Shown here: piece after piece, positions 26,138 through 38,700 of the stretch
Numbering within the stretch: the first letter of the stretch is position 1
How the letters are laid out: every line of letters begins with the position of its first letter
From: Azolla caroliniana
Lineage: Eukaryota; Plantae; Polypodiophyta
Assembly: GCA_043228905.1 (NCBI GenBank)
Contig: JBHGNT010000013.1
Location: forward strand, 5,766,001-5,830,000
Direction: 5' to 3'
DNA: 64,000 nucleotides
Notes under the pieces: model-generated
What the model saw: the letters and a program-made list of their open reading frames with translations, nothing else
Told to the model about the DNA's origin: nothing
Databases searched by the model: none
Translations under genes and position numbers: made by a program

Positions 26138-29100
26138 CATGTGCATAAAATGTACATCCATCAAACAAATGAATTGTAGGAACTCAATCATGTTAAAATG
26201 TATATGTCAATTTAGTAACTCTATTATCTTTTGTCACTTTTTCTTGGATTGGTTGAAAGGTCACACAATAGATGTATGGTCAAGCCAGTAGATGTTTTTT
26301 TGTATTATTTTATTGTTGGTTATACTCATTTAATGAGCAAGAAGAATCACATCTCTAGGTATTTCCTCCACCCACATGGGGCATGTACTAATGAATGTGG
26401 TACACTAATCATTATGAGTGTCTGTGGTTACCTAACAACAATTGATTAAGATAAATAAAAAAGTTGAGGGGTTCAATCACATTTGAATTCAATCTAAAAT
26501 GTCAATTTTGTGATGTATGAGAAACAATTTGTTTTTGTATTTGGAAAGAATCGGGTATGATTCTTGTGTAGCGGAAGCGATGTGTGTTGTGTGTATGTGT
26601 GTGAGGAAAGAGAGAGGAGAAGAGAAACACAAGATAGATTAGTTGAAGTGGAAAAGGAGTACTCAAGAAGAAGATGTATATTTCACAAGTAAAATATGAA
26701 TTACAAAATGTAGCATTACAAGGAGTCCCAAACGACTTAGTATGAATTAGGAGGAGGGTGCTTTATATAAGGTCACCCTCTCTCTTCATTAACTTATTAC
26801 AACTTCCACTCTCTCTCTAGAACCTTGAGGAATGTGAAGACTCATAGTTATCGGGAATATGGAACTCATTAGTTATGTGTCATAGAATATGATTCTATGA
26901 CACATAGTTTAATGTGTAGAGAGTGGTATGACTCTTGACCTTTGAGTGCACATAGATTCTCAAAGGTGTGTTCACATGTTGCTCTATGTTGAGTTTGATT
27001 CTTAACACGCCCCCTCAAGCTCAACTCGGGTCGGTTCCTTTGGATTGATGTTCGCTTCGGCTCGTATCCGGTTCGAACGATCTTCGGTGTCTGATTCGGC
27101 TCGTACCTGGTTCGGACGGTATTCGGTTCTTGATTGTACTCCCCCTCAAGCTTGGCAAGTCAAGGATTGTCATTCCAAGATCTGAAATGAATTCCCGAAC
27201 TTGTCGGCTCCTAGGGCTTTCGTGAAAATGTCAATCGTTTGAAGATTCGTGTTGATGTGTAGAAGGTCGACATCTCCGGTTGGAACACGCTCTCGAATGA
27301 AGTGATAGAGCACTTCGATATGTTTTGTGTGAGCGGGGAACACCGGGTTCCGAGCCAAATAAATATTGCTCATGTTGTCATAGTAAAGGGGAGTCAGATC
27401 CTTGATTGGAATGCCCAGATCCTTCAAAATCCTCTTGAACCATACGGCTTCCCATGCAGCTATGGCTGCACCCCTGTATTCCGCCTCCGTACTCGAAAGA
27501 GCAACGATAGGTTGCTTCTTGCTACTCCACAAAATCGCTATGCTGAGGGAGAAGAGGAATCCGGAGGTGGATCGTTGATCGGCTTTGTAGCCTGCCCAAT
27601 CCGCATTTGTGTACCCTTCGAGTCGTACTGGTGTGGCCGATTTGTAGAGAATGTCGTAATCCATTGTCCCGCTCACATATCGTAATACTCGCTTAGCACA
27701 ATCCAAGTGAATGTCTCATGGTTTTTGTATGAATTGGACGAGGGGGCCGACCGGATAGCTGAGGTTGGGTCGAGTGATTGTGAGATAGATGAGGCTCCTG
27801 ATCAGTTGTCAATACTAAGTCGGCTCACATTCTTCCACGCCGGAGTCAGTATCCAATTTGAGGTTTCAATCAAGAGGCGTAGCGATCGATTTGCACTCAG
27901 TCATCCCAAACTTGTATAATAAGTTGAGAATGTAGTGTCGTTGGGAGATCATAATGCTGGCCAGAAACCGAATTACTTCGATGCCTAGGAAGTAATAGAG
28001 CTTCGTCATGTCCGTCATTTTGAATTTGCTGGTGTCGTGAAGATCTGTCACTATGTGCAGATTGTGAGGCAGAACCACTGGGGTCCTGGACCGGAAGGAT
28101 TCGAAGTTTGCATTAGTTTAGCGAGAAAGTATTTAAGATAGATTGAAAGAGAGAGATTGATATGGTGAGAAAGAGATAGAGAGAGATTAAGATTGAACCC
28201 TTGACTTTAGACTTAAGAAACACGATACATTATCAATTGGATAAAGAATTTTCTTCTTATTAAATTCTTGAATAATACATAGCTCCTTTTATCTTTTTCA
28301 TCGACTCTTTTATAGATGCCCCCATGCATATGATGCGTGTGGGGGTACAAGACATGCATAAAATGCATGATGCATGTTTGCCATTTGGCGCTCATGCATG
28401 TGATGCATGATAACCATGTCACTCATTTAAGCTCTCATATAAGAATTTTTCAAGTAAAACTATAATGATAAAAATGTAACTTTAAGGAAATGACTTGGCT
28501 TAGTGGTAAGTATATTGCTTTCTATCTTGGAGGTGCAAGGTTCAAGTCTTACTTACATCTCTTTTAAAGCACAAAATACTATTAGGCTTTTGGACCAAAT
28601 ATCTTTAAAACACCATGCACCGCGATCAACCGACCCGACCGATCTGTCCGATTTGCATTCATTCGGTCTGGCCCGGTTAGGTCCGCATCCTGAGGTCACC
28701 GGATGTCGGTCACCAACCGGTCGCCGGATGTTGGATGCCGGTCACCGGTTGCTAGTTCCATCACCAGTCGGTCGCCGGTCGTCGTCGTCGCACTGTCTCC
28801 GTCCAAAACCAATGAAATATGCTACATCCATTTCTCAAGTCATTGAACTCATCCTTTCTATGCTTTAAAACACCATGCACCGCGATCAACCGATCCGTCC
28901 GATTTGCATCCGTTCGGTCTGGCCCGGTTCAGTCCGCATCCCGAGCCGGATGCCAGTAATCGGGTTTGCCAACATCGATCGGTCGCCGGTTGTCGCATCC
29001 CGAGCCAATTCGATTTGCATCCCGAGCCAATTCGGTCTGCATCCCGAGGTCACCGGACGTTGGATGCCGGTCACCGGTCACCGGCTGCCGGTTCCATCAC

Positions 29101-29597
29101 CGTCTCCCCGATGTCGTTCCGCTGTCTCTGTCCAAAACCAATGAAATTGGCCACATCCATTTGTCAAGTCATTGAACTCATCCTTTCTATGCTCCACACA
29201 TAAACACATAGATAATAACTTTTGCTTTGCCTTATATATGATGAGATCCTTATTTGTCATGTCTATGTGGGATATCTCACAATTTTATTTTTCTCTTTTT
29301 CTTTGCAAACTTCATACCCACATAACTTGACACTGAGATGTCCGTTTGTTATGTAGTAAAGGGCATTCAAAAGCTCTTCAAGACCTCCATCTTTTTGTAC
29401 CAAGATATTAAACTTATTTAAAATAGTATCTTCACTATTATTATTTTATATTTCGTGAGAAGAACCACACTCGATTTTATATGTTCCTCACAAGTTTCAC
29501 ACTATCACCGAAAATCTTCATGACATCCACCCCCACCAAACCGCACATCCTTCGGTACGTGCCAAGAAGAGAGAGTGCGAGATTTCGGCTACGGTGA

Positions 29598-32500
29598 TCA
29601 ATTAGATTCTTCCACGTGCTCATTCACATCTGTCCTACTATCTTCATCGTCGAGGTGATCAAGGTTAGGATTCTCGTCTTGTCTTTTCTTGAAAATCTCT
29701 ACTCTTTTTCCTGCAATGGGTATGGCCAACCTTGATCCATCTAGCTCCGCAAGGTGGTATGTGGCATTGTCATTGGCACTTGTCACCACATACGGTTCGA
29801 ACCATCTTCTTGCGAACTTTCTTGTTGTAATGTGTTGATTGTCAAGGCTGCTATCGTAGACCAATACCCAATCTCCTTCTTCGATCTTCTTGGGGCGCAG
29901 TCGATGCGTCTTGTCGAACCGAATTTTGTTCGTCACTGGGGCTGCCTCCATCATCTTTCGCGCTTTTTCTAGATCTTCAGGTCTTCTTTCAAATTTTGCT
30001 TATCCGTGCCGCTAATAACTCTTCTCGGCTCATCTCATTCTCCCATGGTATCGCTACCCATGAGGCGATCGTCCTTTCGATGGGCATTACCGGTTTTTGT
30101 CCATAAATAAGCTCCGTTGGCATATAACCTCCTGTCATTGAGTTGTGTGTCGTTCTATCGGCCCACAAGGCATAGGGCAATAGTCGTGGCCAATTCCCTA
30201 CTCGACCGTTGCATGCCCGTACGATGGCTTTGACGATAGGTCCATGCCCTTGCTCGATCTTCCCATTCACTTCTGGATTGTAGGCAGTCGTGAGGGAGAG
30301 CTTTACACCTAGTCATTCAAAGAGCTCCGTTGCTTCGTGCACATCCAACTCCCCTCGGTCAACTACTATGTTTCCCACGCATCCGTATCGACAGACAACC
30401 TCTTCGAGTAGAAATTTGCAAACAGCTGACATCGTCTTATTTGTCAAGGCCCGTCCTTCCACTAGATTTGTCAAGTCTTCTCTTGCTAGAACTAAGTATT
30501 TCATTTGTCCCACTTCCATTGGCATTGAGACCAGATCCACCATCCATTTGAAGTGTATGGTGAGCAGGTATGTCGGTTGTAGCTCATCACGATGACGTAT
30601 GTTGGAATGTACTTGGCAAGTTTCGCATGTGGACACAAAATGGAGTACATCTTTGTACATGCTTGGCCACTAGTACTTCTCCTTCAACTTTTCAAACGTT
30701 GCCCTTGTTCGTCTATGACCTGCCCAAGCACTCTTCTGGAATTCAGTCATCAGGGTCCTTTTCTTTCTTCACCACCACTCGACGTGGTATTCCTATCCTT
30801 CTTTTTGGGTGTCACCAAAGGAATCCCCCCTTCAGCAAGTATTGCTAAACTTTCTTCCGGATTCGTAGAGCCTCCTCCTTCGGCAACGAAGCATCCACCG
30901 TCATTGTTTTTAGGAATTTGTCGATCAGTAACCACTCTCCTTTGTACTCGTTCTCGTTGAAGGCGTGGAGGGTTAGCATGCCCTTGTCTTCCGCCGATAG
31001 TCGAGTCATCTTGAAGAAGTCGAGGGTGACGTCTTCATCTTCTGAAACCATGTCACCTTCATTCTCAAATCTTGCCCTCGACAACATGTCAGCCATGATG
31101 TTCTTCTTTCTTGCAATGTGGCGAATCTCTGGGCTTAAAGAATTGATATAGGCGATCCACCTTAGCATAGCTAGATCTAGGGTCGCATATCCTGAGATCA
31201 TCCTGAGGATTGGAAGACAATCTATCTCTATTATCACTTCCGACCTGATCAGGTAGTCTTTGTCCGTCTGCACTGCAGACACAATACTTGACTTGGGCGT
31301 ATCTTTGTTGTCGTTCGCTGAGAACCTTTGCTCCGAACCAGATAGCATACCGCACATTATCTTCTCCTTATTGGTTGATGACCCACCCGATTCCGGTTGG
31401 GCTCGTATCTACAGTCACATAAATCGGCTTCCCTTCGGCATATTCGGCCTTTCTTAGTGCTGGAGCTTCAAGAAGTAGTTTCTTCAATCTTCGCATCGCA
31501 TTTGTATGCTCGTCTCGCCATTCTAACTTCATTCTTTTCTCTAGCAATCCATATAAAGGCTCGATGACATGAGTGTAGTGCAGAATCTAGATATGATAAA
31601 ATGCGCATGCTCCAAGGAACCTTCGAACCTCCATTTGGTTTACGCATTCTTCTTTCCTATCCTGGATCGCGTTCACCTTGGATGACGAAGGCTTCCGGCC
31701 GTATGCTCCACACAAGTGACCTACCACCAAGATCTCCGGTTGCTTGAATGCGGAATTTTCTCCCGAAAATGTCAAATTCGCATCTTCGAGCTGTTGAAGC
31801 ACCTTCTCACAATCTTTCATATGATCCGCGACGAACTTTCTACACCCTTCCTTATCTTTCGATTCATCTTTCTCCTCATCCAAACATCCTTTTATCGGAA
31901 TATCATCCAAGAATGGCATCGTGATGTCCGGGATGCAATCCTTCAAGACCTTGTTCATGGAATTCACCATATGAGCCACCGAGTTCATTGCACCTTGAGG
32001 TAAGGTACACATCCGCACAAGCCTGATCGGAGTCCTCATGGTTGTAATGTCACGATTGTTGACCGCCAACTGGAATTGGTCATATCCGGAGTACATGTCG
32101 CTAATGGAGTAGATGGACCGGCTCGCAAACGCTTCGGCAAATTCATCCACACTTGGACCGATTCTAGCATTCCAAATGGTCACCTTGTTGAAGGGTTGAA
32201 GATCTTGGAAGAATCGCAATGATCCATTCTTCTTCGGCACCGTGAACCACATATTAGAATAAGGAGCATTCGACGGTTCTAGAATTCCCATATTCACCTT
32301 CTCCTTTAAGAGCTCGATCAGCTTTGGAAGGTGTGCTCTTGGAATTGGTATTGGTTTCAAATTCCAAGGCACATGCGGCACATCCAATTTCTTGGGGAGA
32401 GAACGCGAAGGCTTTCCCATGTCCTTCAAGCATTTCACGAAACTTTCGCTCCTCTTCAGGGAGGAGGAAATCCTCCTTTCCAACTCGTAGCTTTCTTTTC

Positions 32501-33683
32501 GTCTCTTTGGTGAAGACATGACCTATTGTCTTTGGATCCCTTAAGCTTGGATCATTAGCGACTTCCTTCATCTTTTGCTAGCTATCTTCCGGTAGCGGAA
32601 CCGCAACTAGCTATCCACCATTTTATATTTTGTGTTGATGTCAGCTTCCTTCATTAAGATGCTTTGACGATATTCATCGATGATAGCGTACATGTTGATG
32701 GAGCTAATTGAAATCATGTGATGATCTTGAAGATAGATCAAGTCCACAACGTTCTCGATTTCGCCGATGGTGTCGTTAAATGAGGCTTCTTCCATAATAT
32801 GAGTCACAAACTCTTCTTCTATTATGTTTTCTTTTTTCAATATCTTCTCGAAGTCTTGTATCTGACGCTTGTCCTTCTTGTTGGGTAGTACTGTTTTACA
32901 CGCGCCACTAGGTGTGACACATGTTGTTTCTCCTCGCAATCCATGCGCTCTACTTTCTTGTGGGGACTTGTGATCACTCGGATTATTTGTGCCCCATGCT
33001 TCAATAGTCCGCTCTAAGAATCTGGGGATTCGCCTCCAAGACTATCTTGATTTCTTTCATGATTAGCTCACACCGTTAGGAATTGAATAGATCTTTGATT
33101 GTCAAGACTCTTGATTCGTGCGAAGGCTGCTCCATTATCGAACACCTTGGTCTCCATCTGTGATGATGTGATGTATGGTTGTCCTAAGATAACAGGATGC
33201 GATGCCGATTCTTGTACGAAGAAGTGTTGATCCATCTCCACATCCCCGATCGTGACTTGAACATTGGAACAAGCTCCGTACAAGTCCTCCGTAGACTTTG
33301 TTGCCGCTTGAATCTTCCATCCTTGGTTTTTATTGATTGGCCATCTTCCTTTTTTATAGAACTCAATTGACATGAGGTTGATCTTCGAGCCATGGTCGAT
33401 CAAGGCTACCACGGTCTCTTTCTTCTCCCCGATCTTCACCGGCGTGTCCATTGTCGCTCGTGCCCAATGAGGTCGAGTATAGTGGTTATCCACCATATCT
33501 TCATCGACTTCGTCTCTTGCCATCATTATGGCATTCGCTTTCGCTTTTAGTGGCTTCTCTTCGTCTTCGTCTGGTTGTTGCCTCTTTCTTTTTACAAGGT
33601 CCACGATCGTGTCATGGAACTCCTTCTTCATAATGCCGAGTAGTTCCCTCAAAGGCAAAGTCATGTGGCTATCAAGAACGCGT
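29598..33683 (-). pseudogene. Element A protease, RT, RNase H and integrase (frameshifts and stops)
   Basis: ORFs 33068-33664 (ALIDHGS), 31587-32519 (FLDD), 30845-31357, 30313-30660, 29989-30270 and 29598-29954. Confidence 0.92.
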
Positions 33684-35058
33684 TGTCGTGAAGAAAACCG
33701 TCCCTTAGCGCAATCGGTGTATAGCGCGCGCGAACCGGCTCTTCACGCGTGCGCGCCCTCTAATGTATATAATAAAGGATTAGGTACAAAGGTATATCCT
33801 AGGTAGTTAGATTCGGTAGGTAGGAAGTTAATGAGGGAAGCGGCTCCCTTCTTGAAGCCATAAAAGAGAGGGAGGCGCGGGGAGAAAGGGATCGGGCATT
33901 GAGGAGGACGAAGTGCTGTCGGACCGTAACCGAACGCTTCTCCTCTGTTCATTCTCCATCACTCTTCTCTACAGGATTTCGGGAGGCTCGTGCTGCTTCG
34001 AGGAACGCCCGTGTGCTTCCGGCAGCACCTCCATCCTATCCCCTTTCGTGCGCAGACGAGCAGTCATCGGCATCTGTTTGCCAGCGTGTTCGGTTGTAAC
34101 CGCTCGCGTGCTCTGTTGTTTTGTGTCATTTGTTAATATACAAACATTCGTGTCTCTCTGTCTCTGTGTCCATTAGTGTTTTCTGCGTTGACGGGCCGTG
34201 TCCTTGTGTTTCTTTGCTCATACGTAACCGGTCGTCTCTCTCTTTCTCTTTCCCCTCCTATCACCTGCTCTTCGGTTCAAGACCCCGGTGGTCCCGCCTC
34301 GTTTCTCCACGCACGCGCGTAGTAACGCTATCGTGCCTTTCGGCTCCGGATCGTTGCGTGAGTCGGGTGGGAACCACCGAGGTTTTGGACTAGGAGGAAG
34401 AGGAATACAACTTAAGGCTAGTTATGAATAGTAGAAAGAGAAGTAAGATAGCAATCTCGTGAATCCCACGAGTTTAGTGTATTTAAAACAATATTTAGAT
34501 TATAAGAGTAATTTAGATGGCAAAATTCGTGAATCCCAAGAATATATTAGATTGATCAATCCTTGTATATTAATCAACAACCTTATACATATTTCTCTCC
34601 TCCTTATATAAAGATGGAAGAGGCTAAGCATGGCTTCATGCTTTTTCACCAAAAGTGTCCATGCACACTAAATGTGCATGTGATGCTTTGTCATTTCCTA
34701 AGTATAGGGCTCAGGCTCATACACGCTAGATGTGCATGAGTCACTTTCAATGTCACGTGTAAATAAAATATTCACACCCTAAAGAATACATGATTTTTAC
34801 CTTTTAATAAAGGTATGTGTAAATAAAGGTCTTATACGTATTAAATCTATATATATAACACTAAAGATAAGTTATTACAATGGTAAAGTTGGGGTTTATC
34901 TATGTGGAGGTGCAGGGTTCGAATCCTGCCCTATGCATGTGATAAATATTTTGATATATTATCTACGTGGAGGTGCAGGTTTCGAATCCTGCCCTATGCA
35001 CGTGATAAATATTTTGATATATTATTTATTTATTTATATGTATCTAAAATCGGATACA

Positions 35059-38000
35059 TTATTTTATGGTTTTCACGTAGTGTGTGGAATACACTACGAC
35101 ACTCGCCCCCTCCAAACCCGCACATCCTCCGGTATGTGCCGAAGTTCTCGATTCCTCATATCCGTCTTCACCCAAAGCTTCCTCCGATTCTCCCCTTATG
35201 TTGACTATGAGTTGTAATTCACTTTCTTCGCTTCCCGCGTCACCGTGGTCTTCGTCCGATTGCTCCTCGTTGTCGGCCTTGGCTTGGATCACATAGGGTT
35301 TGTCGTCGGTCCACTTCTTGAAAATCTTCACCCGCTTCCCGTCTATAGGCACTCGTAGTATTGTTCCATCCAACTCGGACAGTCGGTACGTTCCGTTGTC
35401 GAAGACTTTCCGAACCTCGTATGGCCCGAACCACCTTTTCGCGAATTTCCGCATCGTTGTATGTTGATGGTCCAAACTACTGTCATAGAAGATCACCCAA
35501 TCTCCTTCTTCAATCCTCCTCGGTCGTAGTCGGTGCTTTGTGTCGAACCGGATTTTGTTCCGGAATTGTGCTTCTTGTTGTCGGCGTATTGCTTCCGCTA
35601 TGTCTGCCGGTCTTCCCTCTAGTTGTCGTATCCGGACCACTAGTAGTTCTTCCCGGCTCATCTATTCCTTCCACGGTAGCATTGTCCATGTTGCGATCGC
35701 GGTTTCCGTCGGCATTACCGGTGCTTGTCCGGTCATGAGTTCTGCCGGCATGTAACCGGTTACGGAGCTATGCGTCGTCCGATCCGCCCATAGTGCATAC
35801 GGAAGCATCTGCGGCCAGTCCTTCACCTTTCCATCGCATGCATTCGCAAGTGCTTTCACGATCGGACTATGTCCTCATTCGATTTTCCCGTTGGCCTCCG
35901 GATTGTATGCCGTTGTTAGTGTTAACCGAACTCCGTGTTTGGCGAAGAATCCCCTAGCTTTGTCCGAGTCGAGTTCTCCCCGGTCCGCAATCACTTGTCC
36001 TACGCACCCATACCTGCAAAATACTTCCTCCAAAAGAAATTGGCATACCGCGGAACACGTTTTCCTCTGAAGCGCTCGACCTTCTGCTTGATTCGTGAGA
36101 TCTTCCCGAGCTAATACCAAGTATTTCTTTTGTCCGATCCCGGTCGGCATGGCCACTATGTCGACCATCCACATGAAGTTGATTGTCGGTGAGAATGTCG
36201 GATGTAACTCATCTCGATGTCGAACCCCGGAGTAGACTTGACATTTCTCGCAGCTTTCCGTGAACTCCGCGACATCTTTGTACATTTTCTTCCACCAATA
36301 TTTTTGCTTGATCTTCACAAATGTTGCCCATGTTCCTCGGTGTCCAGCCCAATCGGATTTGTGAAACTCGGACATTATCCGGTTTCGTTGCTCTTTTGTC
36401 CCGACTACTCGAAGTGGTATACCATCCGGTCTTTTCGGCGCCCTCCATATTAATCCGTTTTCCAAGAAGAACTTTTGGACTTGTCTCTTCTTCCTTCGGA
36501 TCTCGGCTCTTCTTCCTTTATCGTTTGTTGAATCCTTGGCCTCTTGTAACATCTTTCCGATCATCAAGCTTTCTCCCTCGTATTCTTCTTCCCGGAATTC
36601 CCGGATTACGTTTACTCGGCATATGTGCTCCGACGTGAAGTAGTCTTCGGAAACTTCTTCATTATCCGATTCGGTTATGTTGTCTCCGAACCGAGCCCTT
36701 GATAACATATCCGCTACCGCGTTGTCCTTCCCCGAGATGTGTCGAACCTCCGGATTAAGCGACTTGACATATGCAACCCACCTTAGCATAGCTACATCCG
36801 GTATCGTACAACACCGCATCATCCCGAGTATCGGAAGACAATCCGTCTCGATCACCACTTCGGCTCCGATCAAATAATCCCGATCCGATTTTATCGCCGA
36901 CACGACTCCCCACAGTTCTCTTTTGACTTGCGCATATCCACGTTGCCTTTCGTTGAGAACCTTTGCTCCGAATCGGATCGGATACCGCGAACCATCCGAG
37001 TCGGCTTGATTGATGACCCATCCGATACCGGTTGGACTTGTATCAACCGTTACTATGATCGGTCGGTCATAGCTCGGCTTCTTAAGTGCTTCCGCCCTCC
37101 GAAGTGTCTTCTTCAATTTCTTCATGGCTTTGGTGTGTTCCGGTTTCCATTCGAATTTCTTACCTTTCCGCAACAAGTGGTAGAGCGGATCCGCTATATG
37201 TGCATAGTGCGGAATCCATATGTGATAGAATGCACATGCACCGAGAAACCTTCGGACTTCGGATGTTGAGTCGCATACTTCCTCCATAGCTTGAATCGCA
37301 TCGATCTTTGTTGGTGACGGTCTTCGGCCATAGGGCCCACATAGATGTCCGACCACCAATATTGCTTCTTGCCCGAATGCCGATTTCTCCCCGGAAAGTG
37401 TTAGGTGCACATCTTCTAGCTTTCGCAACACTTTCTCGCAATCATGAATATGGTCGACCACGAACTTTCGGCATCCCCGATCATCCATAGTCTCATCTTT
37501 TTCTTCTACCGCACATCCTTTCATCGGAATGTCATCGAGGAACAACATCGTTATCTCCGGAATGCAGTCTCGAAGCACCTTGTTCATCGCGTTCATCATA
37601 TGAGCAACCGAGTTTGTCGCTCCTTGTGGTAGTGTGCACATTCGGACTAATCCTATCGGTGTTCGCATGGTTGTGATGTCTCGGCTCTCCACGGCTAGTT
37701 GGAATTGGTCATACCCCGAGTATAGGTCTCCGATGGAGTATATTGCACGACCGGCAAAAGCTTCCGCAAATTCGTCCACTATCGGACCGACTCCCGAGTT
37801 CCGGATCGTGACCTTATTCACCGGTTGCAAGTCTTGGATAAATCGGAGTGACCCATTCTTCTTCGGAACCGTAAACCATCGATTTGAGTACGGAGCAATT
37901 GATGGCTCTAGAATCCCCATCGCCACCTTCTCCTTGAGCAAGTCAATGACTTTCGGAATATGCGCTCGTGGCACCGGAATCGGCTTCAGGTTCCACGGTA

Positions 38001-38700
38001 CATGGTCAATCGTGAAGATCACCATCGGCTCCACTGTTCTCGGATCGACGCACCCTATCTCCCTTGATGTAAATGCAAACGCTTTGCCGTGTTGCTCCAA
38101 CATCTCGCGAAACCGTTCTTCTTCTTTTTGTAATAGGAACCCACCTCCACCGATCCGAAGTTTCTTCCGGGTCTCATCCGTGAAGGCATGTCCGATATCC
38201 ACGGACTTCCGAAGTGTCGGATCTCCCGAGACTTCTTTCCTCTTTTGTTCGCTATCGGCGGGTAGTGGTCCCGCAGCCGGTTTCACCTTCTTCTCCACGG
38301 TCTTGTATTTTGTACTTACCATTGCTTCTTCTTTGCGGAGCGTATCCGGCTCCATTTTCGCAATGATCTCGTACATCTCGACCGATTCCACCGGGACTAC
38401 CCGGTTCCCTTGGCTTTTATCTTCCGCAAGCTTTTCAAGTCGTTGTAGCGTGCTCCCATAGAACACTTCTTCGACTATCCCCACGATTTCTTCATCTTCT
38501 TTTATTATTGATGCCGACCGCAACTTATCCTCCACTTGTCGGTATCCTTTCTTCAATCCTCCGGTTACGGTCGTGTACGTAGATGCCCCATCCGGACCGA
38601 TTCGTACATGTTTTGCTCCGAGAGTTTTCTTCCTGTGTGGGGTATCAGGGCTTCTCGGACTATCACTTCCCCACTCCGCAACAATCCGCTTTAAAAATCC
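35059..38700 (-). pseudogene. Element C pol (RT-RNase H-integrase) with two nonsense codons in integrase
   Basis: 893-aa ORF 35875-38556 continues in the same frame through 35662-35859 and 35059-35661, and is open upstream to the slippery site at 38700. Confidence 0.93.

Noticed and set aside
28496-28549. True tRNA genes at the A/B-box modules
   Set aside because: No convincing cloverleaf or anticodon arm could be folded, so they are reported only as tRNA-like promoter boxes.
37634-38461. 275-aa plus-strand ORF and similar antisense ORFs over pol regions
   Set aside because: Antisense shadows of RT coding sequence.
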